IMG/VR virus record: IMGVR_UViG_3300016484_000355
Direction: 5' to 3' (one strand)
Source: a virus
Length of the DNA stretch: 31,661 bases
A program made the position numbers and the translations under genes. The notes under the pieces were generated by a model. The model was given only the letters and a program-made list of their open reading frames with translations. It searched no databases and was not told the DNA's origin. This document shows, in pieces, positions 8,524 through 15,097 of this stretch; within the stretch, counting starts at the first letter, position 1, and the number at the start of each line of letters is the position of its first letter.

Positions 8524-8714
8524 CACACAAAAACGCACCTATTATTAAAAAGCAAGTCCAAGAGTTATTAAAGACACTACCTCCGATTGAGAGGTTAAAT
8601 ATACTAGAGCCTTTATGCGATAAGTACAGAGCTGAGAGTCGCAAAGAGGTTGAAAAGGATGTGACAGAATGGAGCCGCAAGAAAGGGATACCTCGCATCA
8701 AGACGGATTACTAA
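8520..8714 (+). CDS. Hypothetical protein, 64 aa
   Basis: ORF with ATGA coupling to the upstream gene. No recognisable motif. Confidence 0.45.
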   Translation: MTHKNAPIIKKQVQELLKTLPPIERLNILEPLCDKYRAESRKEVEKDVTEWSRKKGIPRIKTDY

Positions 8715-8902
8715 CATTTGATCCGACACCTCACGATGACATCCAGGCCTGCACTCAGGCTATGGGGGTTATAGAGGATTTGGACTTGGTCTTGTTATCC
8801 GATGATGAGGCTGCTATGGTTAGGCAGATTCGTAAGATGGCTTTATACATTACCCATCAGGCTCTATTTGAGATATACGAGGGGGGATGTTATGCCACCT
8901 AA
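8669..8902 (+). CDS. Hypothetical acidic protein, 77 aa (start uncertain)
   Basis: ORF overlaps both neighbours. No recognisable motif. Confidence 0.4.
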   Translation: MEPQERDTSHQDGLLTFDPTPHDDIQACTQAMGVIEDLDLVLLSDDEAAMVRQIRKMALYITHQALFEIYEGGCYAT

Positions 8903-9152
8903 AATTACCAATCCCCATAAGGTAGAGCATCGTAAGCTAGGCAGAGAGCAGGCTTGGGGGATTGCTTGGACCACACAAAACAAGATAAGCATCGATCCTA
9001 GTCTTACTGGGTATCGTTATCTGCTTTATCTACTCCATGAGCACTTTCACTTAAAGCATCCAGATTGGTCGGAGACAAAAGTCAGAAAGGAATCATCAAA
9101 GACTGCCCGGTTCCTTTGGCAGATGGGCTTTAGGCTAACCGAGTTAAAATAG
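8892..9152 (+). CDS. Small HExxH-motif protein, 86 aa (putative zinc metallopeptidase)
   Basis: LLHEHFHLKH motif. I prefer the ATG at 8892 (MPPKIT...) over the track start at 8802, which overlaps the previous ORF by 100 nt. Confidence 0.5.
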   Translation: MPPKITNPHKVEHRKLGREQAWGIAWTTQNKISIDPSLTGYRYLLYLLHEHFHLKHPDWSETKVRKESSKTARFLWQMGFRLTELK

Positions 9153-9443
9153 GTTGCCAATAATGTAAATATAAAGGCATTTGTCTTTTAGTTGCTCCCT
9201 AGTAGCCTCTGGCCATTTCTCCTTAGCAAAATTCCATAAATTCCATTTCTCGTTTTTAGGAATTACCTCAATAGGTATCATAGTCTTATAGCAATCCATT
9301 AAGCACTCATTAATAACACTAGAGGTAGTGCCTAAGTTAACTAAAGCTAAGAATGTGGTCTCAGATTCTCTAGCAGCTTTTAAGGCTGGCTGGAGTACCT
9401 CATAACCTATCATCTTCCGTATATCGTATGAATGCGACTGCAT
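9144..9443 (-). CDS. Hypothetical protein, 99 aa (alternative start at 9413)
   Basis: Last gene of the leftward block. Its 3' end overlaps the convergent + strand gene by 9 nt. Confidence 0.5.
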   Translation of the reverse strand: MQSHSYDIRKMIGYEVLQPALKAARESETTFLALVNLGTTSSVINECLMDCYKTMIPIEVIPKNEKWNLWNFAKEKWPEATREQLKDKCLYIYIIGNLF

Positions 9444-9501
9444 AGCCTACAATAAAGCCTGAAATAAAGGTTACAAGTACAAAGATTCCTGATTGTATCA
9501 T
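9400..9501 (-). CDS. Unlisted 33-aa single-TMD micro-ORF (MIQSGIFVLVTFISGFIVGYAVAFIRYTEDDRL)
   Basis: ATGA overlap with the stop of the upstream gene 9498-10016. Hydrophobic helix followed by a charged tail. Below the track size cut-off. Confidence 0.4.
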   Translation of the reverse strand: MIQSGIFVLVTFISGFIVGYAVAFIRYTEDDRL

Positions 9502-10016
9502 AGTTGAGATTTTAGCCATGTAAAGTTTCTACCCTCTCTTATTAACCAATCAAAGGTCCACTGAACACACGCACATCTACACTTTTGGTTGTCATCCCCA
9601 TAAGCAGCTCTTAATATACTGACATCCTCTTTATCAAACCTTTTGAGCATTTTATTTTCTTTTAGGTAATCGTACCATTTGTGCATCTCATTAAAGGGTA
9701 TCTTCTCAAAGTTTAATCTATACATCATAAGCTCATAGTCCAGTTTCTCTAGGTCTGTCTCTGGTACTTTAGCCTCTTGGATAACTCTATACCCAGAGTC
9801 AGTCTTTTGCAAATTATGTCTGTCTTTGTTGTTATTTGCCCATCTAGCTAGTCTCCTACCTATATCCCAAGTCTTTTCTTGTTCAAATCTCATCTTGGTA
9901 TTTGATTTGTTAGGCTCTGACCAATAATCGTAAAACTCTTGTTTCATTGACTCTGTAAAGGCAAAGGGTTGTAGTTCCCTCTTAAAGTCTGCTGCTCTTG
10001 CTTCTATTGATTTCAT
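9498..10016 (-). CDS. Hypothetical early protein, 172 aa
   Basis: Long ORF in the leftward block. No confident motif. Confidence 0.6.
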   Translation of the reverse strand: MKSIEARAADFKRELQPFAFTESMKQEFYDYWSEPNKSNTKMRFEQEKTWDIGRRLARWANNNKDRHNLQKTDSGYRVIQEAKVPETDLEKLDYELMMYRLNFEKIPFNEMHKWYDYLKENKMLKRFDKEDVSILRAAYGDDNQKCRCACVQWTFDWLIREGRNFTWLKSQL

Positions 10017-10326
10017 AGTGTCTAGATATATCCCCTCTATATCCGGTCAAGTACTTGGGAAAGGTTTTGAGACCTTTTTGCAAATAATTGAACAGAGTAA
10101 AGAGAATTATTAAAAAACCGTTTTGTTTAACTTTTGGCATTCTCTTTCACACAGAACCCATACATTCCTCGGCATCCGTAGGCCGGTTATCACGCATTTT
10201 TCACTTGACCGTCAAGAGTTGTCAGGGGTCGACATTGCTCTCACTTGATTGCGTTACGTATTTATATGATCTGTGAGGTTATTATTTGTGCAGCCATTTG
10301 CACTGGGTAAAACCTCGGTAAAAACC

Positions 10327-10377
10327 AAAAAAATAACCTGCAGAGGATTGGCGAACGCGGCCGCACCCCTACAGGTT
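10327..10377 (-). terminator. Intrinsic terminator within the leftward operon
   Basis: The minus-strand RNA forms a 12-bp stem (AACCUGUAGGGG / CCUCUGCAGGUU, including 2 G-U pairs) followed by AUUUUUUU. On the plus strand the same two positions would be C-A mismatches. The loop is large (19 nt, contains GCGGCCGC). Confidence 0.55.
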
Positions 10378-10448
10378 AGTATATCTTTCTTAAACAAAGC
10401 AGCAAATTGCTGGCGTTCCTTTGTCATGGCGAATATACGAAAAAAATA

Positions 10449-10874
10449 TTAAACTGCCAAATTTATTTTACCTAAATGGTCTAAAAATAGTATTTCCTTA
10501 TAAGATTTGACTCTGGTCATCCTCATAGATATATCCAAATCACTAGCTATGTCTATGACTTTCAAATAGTAAGGAAAGAATTTAGGGTCCTCTTGCTCGA
10601 TGTAACTCTCTATTCTACTTCTATAAGTACTCATGGTAGAGTGGTCTTTATACCCTACTAAAGGAGCTATTTCGGTAAGTTTCAAAGGGCAATGGCGATA
10701 GATAAAATAAGATAAGGCCATACGAATCTCTGCGATCCTCACGATGTTACCATCTTTATCCTTACAGACCTTAAAATGATTGCGACCATTTAGACTCTGT
10801 AATTGCTTTAATGTTATACCATAAAAATCACAGGTTGCTTGGACTAGTTGTATTGCTTGTTCTCTGGTGTTCAT
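10449..10874 (-). CDS. DnaA domain-IV-like helix-turn-helix protein, 141 aa (replication initiation or regulator)
   Basis: RIAEIRMALSYFIYRHCPLKLTEIAPLVGYKDHSTMSTY resembles the DnaA C-terminal DNA-binding domain. Confidence 0.6.
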   Translation of the reverse strand: MNTREQAIQLVQATCDFYGITLKQLQSLNGRNHFKVCKDKDGNIVRIAEIRMALSYFIYRHCPLKLTEIAPLVGYKDHSTMSTYRSRIESYIEQEDPKFFPYYLKVIDIASDLDISMRMTRVKSYKEILFLDHLGKINLAV

Positions 10875-11065
10875 TTGCTCAGTTTATACGCTGCGTAAGT
10901 CTTGTTATTTTCTGTTATGTAATTAGTCCAGATAGTATGCCCCTGGCTTCTAAGATCAGAGATTCTAGCAGCTAATCTAAAGCAGCCAAATTTTTTAAGA
11001 GCATCGATAGCAGTTAACTGTTTACCCGATTGTAAATAAATCAGGATGCGCTGTGTTTGTGTCAT
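10871..11065 (-). CDS. Small winged-helix DNA-binding protein, 64 aa (HTH_39-like)
   Basis: LTAIDALKKFGCFRLAARISDLRSQGHTI pattern. Confidence 0.5.
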   Translation of the reverse strand: MTQTQRILIYLQSGKQLTAIDALKKFGCFRLAARISDLRSQGHTIWTNYITENNKTYAAYKLSK

Positions 11066-11283
11066 CTTTCTTTAATTTTAGGGTTATAAATGTGGGTTAG
11101 TTTCTCAAAGGTATAGTCAAAACCATGTCTGGATAGTTTGTCGCATACCCATTGTAACTCATCCTCTGTGTGATGGATTGCGTGCTGTGGGAATAAAGTA
11201 GTTCTAATGATAGGGTCTTTTTTACTTAGTATGCCTATATATTGATTTCCCCACTTAAAACGGTAAGTCGTTACTAGGTGCAT
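11062..11283 (-). CDS. Hypothetical protein, 73 aa
   Basis: ORF with overlapping start and stop in the operon. Confidence 0.5.
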   Translation of the reverse strand: MHLVTTYRFKWGNQYIGILSKKDPIIRTTLFPQHAIHHTEDELQWVCDKLSRHGFDYTFEKLTHIYNPKIKER

Positions 11284-11689
11284 CTTTAGTAGTTTTTAGT
11301 AGTGTGGTGTATAAAGTAATGATGTCCTCTAGGTCAGCTCGATCCCATTTGTGTACTTTGTTTCTATTATTTTCTAGCCATTCTACTCTTTTCTTACCAA
11401 TCTTTAAGAGTAGATGTTTGCGGTAACCTATAAGATGGAACTCATCAAATCCGTTGCAACGTTGACATTCGCCATTGACATTGTCCTCATGGAACCTAAG
11501 AAAGGACCCTCCCTTGACTGGAACATAGTGCCCAGCATTCATAGACTCAATAGGAAAGGTCTTAAAGCAAGAGATACAAGTAAAGTAACCATCTTTAGAG
11601 TCTCTGGACCTAATCCAAGCATTAAAGACCTTTTGGGCTTTCTCGGTCAGTTTGGGTAGGGTTACTGCTTTTTTTGCTTTCTTTCTCAT
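11255..11689 (-). CDS. ninG: NinG/Rap-like recombination endonuclease, 144 aa
   Basis: FNAWIRSRD...CISC...AGHY...LRF.E.NV..EC.RCN...YR..L..KIGKKRVEWLE matches the lambda NinG family pattern. Confidence 0.65.
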   Translation of the reverse strand: MRKKAKKAVTLPKLTEKAQKVFNAWIRSRDSKDGYFTCISCFKTFPIESMNAGHYVPVKGGSFLRFHEDNVNGECQRCNGFDEFHLIGYRKHLLLKIGKKRVEWLENNRNKVHKWDRADLEDIITLYTTLLKTTKDAPSNDLPF

Positions 11690-12051
11690 AAGTTAAGTTC
11701 GGCTTTCTTATAGCTTACAATAGACCTAATAGCATCTAACTGATGGGTAGCAGAGGCATTGATCCTATCAGCCCAGTTGACTAAGTAGTTAATCTCTTTA
11801 GCATTTGAGCTAACGAACTTAGTAATGAGGGATGGGCTGAGCTTTTTATCTAAGCCATCTTCCATAGCTTGTAGGAGTCCGGCATTGATTAAACCATCTT
11901 GCTGGAATTTAGTCTCTGCCAATAGCTGACCAGACTTGGCAACCATTATCATTAAAAACTCTATCCTCTCTAAAAGCTCGGCTGGCTCTTGACCAACCGG
12001 GCTTTCCAGATAGGCTTGCATCTTACCAAGGGAGGTCTTTATCGTTGTCAT
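11686..12051 (-). CDS. Hypothetical protein, 121 aa (start moved to the Met at 12051)
   Basis: The track start at 12081 overlaps the upstream gene more deeply. The internal ATG gives MTTIKTSLGK. Confidence 0.5.
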   Translation of the reverse strand: MTTIKTSLGKMQAYLESPVGQEPAELLERIEFLMIMVAKSGQLLAETKFQQDGLINAGLLQAMEDGLDKKLSPSLITKFVSSNAKEINYLVNWADRINASATHQLDAIRSIVSYKKAELNL

Positions 12052-12280
12052 TCTTAGGTTTGTAAGTGTCAACAGATACATTTAGTCCAGTTCCATCCTT
12101 TCTTTCCATTAAGGTCAGTCTGAGCTGCTTGATGCCTTTGTAATCATTTAGGAGGTCTGGATTAGCCTTTAACCAATCAAATAGCTCGCTGGGACTGATA
12201 ATGATTTGACCTTTAATAAAAGACGGTGCATTTTCTTTGGGTCCGAATACTCGGACACCTTTTGGGTAAATTGTCATCAT
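12023..12280 (-). CDS. Small protein, 85 aa, with an SSB-like acidic C-terminal tip (possible ssDNA-binding protein)
   Basis: The C-terminus DNDKDLPW resembles the acidic aromatic SSB tip (DDDIPF type). It lies in the recombination/replication neighbourhood. Confidence 0.35.
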   Translation of the reverse strand: MMTIYPKGVRVFGPKENAPSFIKGQIIISPSELFDWLKANPDLLNDYKGIKQLRLTLMERKDGTGLNVSVDTYKPKNDNDKDLPW

Positions 12281-12747
12281 TTTAGATTTACGGTTATAGA
12301 TGTTGTGGATGTCTTAACTGGGGGATAAAGGACAATAACCTCATCCTCTATCAAAAGCTCTGTGCCTGGCTGGACTGCTTTTAGAAAGGCTTGCCGATCC
12401 TTAACTTTCTTTTCTAATTCTGCCAGCTCCTCGGCCAGTCTGTTATAAATAGGGTCTCCACAATTAGAGTAGTCATATTTGACTCCCATCTCTTTGACCT
12501 CAAATTTAGCATTGTGCATTTCAAAGGACTTACCATACTTAGCGGCCTCATCTAAGGTCAAGTCTTTGTAGTCTGGATGGCTGGTTATCTGTTTTATCAG
12601 GTCCTCCATACATTTTACCTGAAGATGTACTTTTAAGGGGTCAGAGAGGCCCTCTTTTAGGTTATTTACTACAGATTGGGCAAAGTCCTGTCTTTCGGCT
12701 TTAGTGGTCTCAAATAGGCTTAAATCGGTTGTGGTAGCAAGTTTCAT
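12277..12747 (-). CDS. Hypothetical protein, 156 aa
   Basis: ORF with ATGA-type coupling. No motif recognised. Confidence 0.55.
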   Translation of the reverse strand: MKLATTTDLSLFETTKAERQDFAQSVVNNLKEGLSDPLKVHLQVKCMEDLIKQITSHPDYKDLTLDEAAKYGKSFEMHNAKFEVKEMGVKYDYSNCGDPIYNRLAEELAELEKKVKDRQAFLKAVQPGTELLIEDEVIVLYPPVKTSTTSITVNLK

Positions 12748-13427
12748 TTTACTGACTTTTTAAGGTGTTTATTGATGTCTTTTTGTGATGGGTTTACTAT
12801 CTGATCTATGGGTTTCTTACGGACCTCTAATCGATAAAGGATTTTCTGGTAGGTCTTATAGTCATTGCAGGCATTGATTGCATCGGTAGCCATTTGTGCT
12901 TCTGAATCGGTCATGTCGGTTTGCCCGATAAGAGCAAGGAGTAAAAGTTTCTCGTCATGTGTTGGGGCATCTTCTACTGGCTTACTAAAGTCCATCTCCT
13001 CGGCAGGTGTAGCCTCAAAGCCAGCAGCCTTCATAAGCCAAGAAATTAAATTCCTAAAGGCCTTTCCGGTGGCTCTGGTTTGTGCCATAGAGAGGATGGC
13101 ATACTCATCCCAAGCTCGTTTATTGGCCTCTTTGTTAGAGCAGATAGCCACTCCCTTAGAGATGACCTCATTAGTGCCCCATTTACAAATACTAACCTCT
13201 GCCAAGTATTTAATCTCGGTTTCGGTAGAATGATTAGAGATGTAATTAAGCTGAGGGTAGAGACCTAACTGGGCTCCAGCCCACTGCCAAGATTCAACTA
13301 AGGGATATTCTTTTCCCTTAATGTTGACAGTAAGTTTTTGCTCTTTTACAAATCGTTTTAGTTCGGAGGCTAATTGCAGTGATTGTGCTGGCTTAGCCAA
13401 ATCATAAATAATTAAATCGGTTGACAT
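12744..13427 (-). CDS. Hypothetical protein, 227 aa (possible single-strand annealing protein, by context only)
   Basis: Long ORF upstream of the SSB-like and NinG-like genes. No diagnostic motif recognised. Confidence 0.5.
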   Translation of the reverse strand: MSTDLIIYDLAKPAQSLQLASELKRFVKEQKLTVNIKGKEYPLVESWQWAGAQLGLYPQLNYISNHSTETEIKYLAEVSICKWGTNEVISKGVAICSNKEANKRAWDEYAILSMAQTRATGKAFRNLISWLMKAAGFEATPAEEMDFSKPVEDAPTHDEKLLLLALIGQTDMTDSEAQMATDAINACNDYKTYQKILYRLEVRKKPIDQIVNPSQKDINKHLKKSVK

Positions 13428-13447
13428 GATGTGGGTTTTTATTAAAG

Positions 13448-13729
13448 TTAAACTGTTTCAGCGAACATTGCTCCCATTGAGTTAGGATTCTGGTCGTTTT
13501 TATTAATGAATAAAGGGAGGGGAAACTTGCGTTCAAATTCTTTGGCTGGTATTTTCTCATCATCTACAAGATAATAACCTTGGCCATCTGGGTCAATACG
13601 GAAAGGGGTGTATTGTCTGATGTACTTGTTGCGGACATACTCTGCTGCTGTCATACGGAAATAGTTGTGAATTGCTGTGATCCATTCATTGTAATCACGC
13701 ATGGGGTGTGTGGGGTAAGTGGTTTTCAT
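13448..13729 (-). CDS. Hypothetical protein, 93 aa
   Basis: ORF directly downstream of the terminator at 13747-13778. Confidence 0.55.
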   Translation of the reverse strand: MKTTYPTHPMRDYNEWITAIHNYFRMTAAEYVRNKYIRQYTPFRIDPDGQGYYLVDDEKIPAKEFERKFPLPLFINKNDQNPNSMGAMFAETV

Positions 13730-13746
13730 GTGTTGAATTTAAGGGT

Positions 13747-13778
13747 AAAAAAATGCCCCCAGTATAGAAATACCGGGG
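13747..13778 (-). terminator. Intrinsic terminator after the first leftward gene(s)
   Basis: The minus-strand RNA forms CCCCGGUAU-uucu-AUACUGGGG (9 bp, one G-U pair) followed by GCAUUUUUUU. On the plus strand that position is an A-C mismatch. Confidence 0.65.
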
Positions 13779-13791
13779 TTGTCTGCTTGCT

Positions 13792-14061
13792 TTAATCGAA
13801 TTGCATCTTCATAATATCATCAGCCTTATATTGAGTAGGCTTATAGGCTATGTCTATAATTTTTTCGGTAGTATTCATTCCTAACTGAATACCATAATGA
13901 AACAATTTGAGCATAGTGATACCCAAATCATCGTGATTAAAAGATATTCTGACCTCATATAAGCCAGAAGGGTCGGGGATTAGTTCCACAGTAAATCCAT
14001 CGGCTTTGGATTGTAGGAACATTGCTCTGTCGGCATTAAGAAAAAGTACAATGGTTTTCAT
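13792..14061 (-). CDS. Hypothetical immediate-early protein, 89 aa (ATG start at 14061; the track start at 14085 is TTG)
   Basis: First sizeable ORF after the leftward promoter, isolated from the rest of the operon by a terminator. Confidence 0.55.
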   Translation of the reverse strand: MKTIVLFLNADRAMFLQSKADGFTVELIPDPSGLYEVRISFNHDDLGITMLKLFHYGIQLGMNTTEKIIDIAYKPTQYKADDIMKMQFD

Positions 14062-14075
14062 AAAGGGTGTTTTAA

Positions 14076-14159
14076 TTATTGGCAAATGTTGTCTTGTAAA
14101 AGGCCTATAACATAGGCTACTGCTAATAAGGCAAGTAAAAGTTTGATTGGTGCTTTCAT
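14076..14159 (-). CDS. Unlisted 27-aa hydrophobic micro-ORF (MKAPIKLLLALLAVAYVIGLLQDNICQ)
   Basis: ATG about 45 nt downstream of the predicted leftward transcription start. Signal-peptide or TMD-like. Below the track cut-off. Confidence 0.3.
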   Translation of the reverse strand: MKAPIKLLLALLAVAYVIGLLQDNICQ

Positions 14160-14210
14160 GGTTTAATCATTTGGTTATGGATGCAAGATAACACACTTTT
14201 ACACATTAAC

Positions 14211-14218
14211 CAAAAATA
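14211..14218 (-). promoter_or_regulatory. Leftward early promoter -7 box (TATTTTTG on the minus strand)
   Basis: Matches TAnnTTTG. It lies in the divergent intergenic region and overlaps the palindrome AAAAATATTTTT (14212-14223). Confidence 0.45.
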
Positions 14219-14241
14219 TTTTTAATTTATTTTTATTGCCC

Positions 14242-14249
14242 TATATTTG
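14242..14249 (+). promoter_or_regulatory. Rightward promoter -7 box TATATTTG
   Basis: Matches TAnnTTTG and ends 4 nt before the ATG at 14254. Same CCCT(T)ATATTTGT context as the box at 18195. Confidence 0.5.
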
Positions 14250-14253
14250 TGGA

Positions 14254-14484
14254 ATGGAAAAGCAGAAAAGAGGTAGGAAACCAAAGCCTGCACATCTGAA
14301 AGTGCAAATGGTAACAGCCTACATAACAAAAGAGCAGAAAGACCTGATAAACAAAGAGTTCGGTAATCTTACTAATGCTGTAAAAATTCACATTTTAAGC
14401 AAATTCAATGGACATCGTGATAGCTTTGGGCACTGGCAGCCGGTGGATGGACAACGAGCTGAGGTATGCCCTAAGATCGATTGA
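14254..14484 (+). CDS. Small basic DNA-binding protein, 76 aa (ribbon-helix-helix-like regulator)
   Basis: KRGRKPKP...KVQMVTAYITKEQKDLINKEFG.LTNAVKIHIL pattern. The ATG at 14254 is preferred over the TTG at 14236. The 3' end overlaps the next gene by 77 nt. Confidence 0.45.
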   Translation: MEKQKRGRKPKPAHLKVQMVTAYITKEQKDLINKEFGNLTNAVKIHILSKFNGHRDSFGHWQPVDGQRAEVCPKID

Positions 14485-15097
14485 GTCGTATCTTAAAGGG
14501 CACTCTGGCCGCATTCTACTAATAGGCGAAAAGCCTAAATGGATAAAGAATGTGGACTACTACGACATCCCAGATAAGCCAGGCCGCAAGAACTTTAGCA
14601 TCTTTCAAAAGATTCTGACTGGGTGCGAGATGTGTAATGGGGATGACTTTATCTTCTGGAATGATGACCACTTCTTACTTAAAGACCTAAAAGTTACAGA
14701 CTTTAAGTATTGGTATGATGGCACTACCGTACAATATTTTCAAAGGGCTGTCGGACTCTATAAGAAGGCTGTTGCAAATACAATGATCCTACCTAAAGTC
14801 AATGACCTTTATACCGATATTCATGTGCCCATCGTTTACAATAAGCATGAATTCGCTAAGCTCATAGACCTTGACTGGAGTAGAGAGTATGTAATCAAAA
14901 CAGCTTACACTCGGACACAGGATGGTGGCTTTGAGTACATGGCAGACCTTAAACTAAATCAGCAGTACAGCCTAAATCAATGGTATGGCAAGCTCCATGC
15001 CCGAACATTTTTTAGTATCGGCTCCTATGCGGTCAATGCTGACTTTAAGATACTCATGGAGAAACTATACCCCAGAAAATCACAATACGAAAAATGA
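14408..15097 (+). CDS. Stealth-like (CR2/CR3-type) sugar-1-phosphate transferase, 229 aa
   Basis: NELRYALRSIE...ILLIGEKPKWI...FIFWNDDHFLL...DIHVPIVYNK resembles the Stealth conserved regions. Confidence 0.5.
   Translation: MDIVIALGTGSRWMDNELRYALRSIESYLKGHSGRILLIGEKPKWIKNVDYYDIPDKPGRKNFSIFQKILTGCEMCNGDDFIFWNDDHFLLKDLKVTDFKYWYDGTTVQYFQRAVGLYKKAVANTMILPKVNDLYTDIHVPIVYNKHEFAKLIDLDWSREYVIKTAYTRTQDGGFEYMADLKLNQQYSLNQWYGKLHARTFFSIGSYAVNADFKILMEKLYPRKSQYEK

Noticed and set aside
8802-8891. The N-terminal 30 codons of the track ORF 8802-9152
   Set aside because: This stretch overlaps the preceding ORF by 100 nt. The internal ATG at 8892 gives a compact product containing the whole HExxH region.
10088-10276. 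62-aa + strand ORF in the non-coding island
   Set aside because: It starts with TTG and lies opposite to the surrounding operon. It is Cys/His/Leu/Ser-rich, like translated non-coding DNA. The region is better explained by regulatory or structural elements.
10357-10364. A GCGGCCGC (NotI) palindrome and the nearby GTCGAC as evidence of a cloning artefact or a restriction-related feature
   Set aside because: These are single occurrences sitting in a terminator loop and a repeat cluster. No vector-like sequence surrounds them, and chance plus locally higher GC explains them.
12865-13268. Plus-strand ORFs of 122 and 62 aa antisense to the 227-aa early gene
   Set aside because: They are shadow ORFs inside a longer minus-strand CDS that is coupled to its neighbours, with Ser/Ala/Cys-rich low-complexity translation.
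13741-13754. Exact 14-mer AAGGGTAAAAAAAT shared by 13741-13754 and 18241-18254 (with a TGAAT a few nt upstream in both)
   Set aside because: Half of it is an A7 tract that forms the U-tail side of a terminator at each site. One such 14-mer match is about what chance would give in an AT-rich genome of this size.
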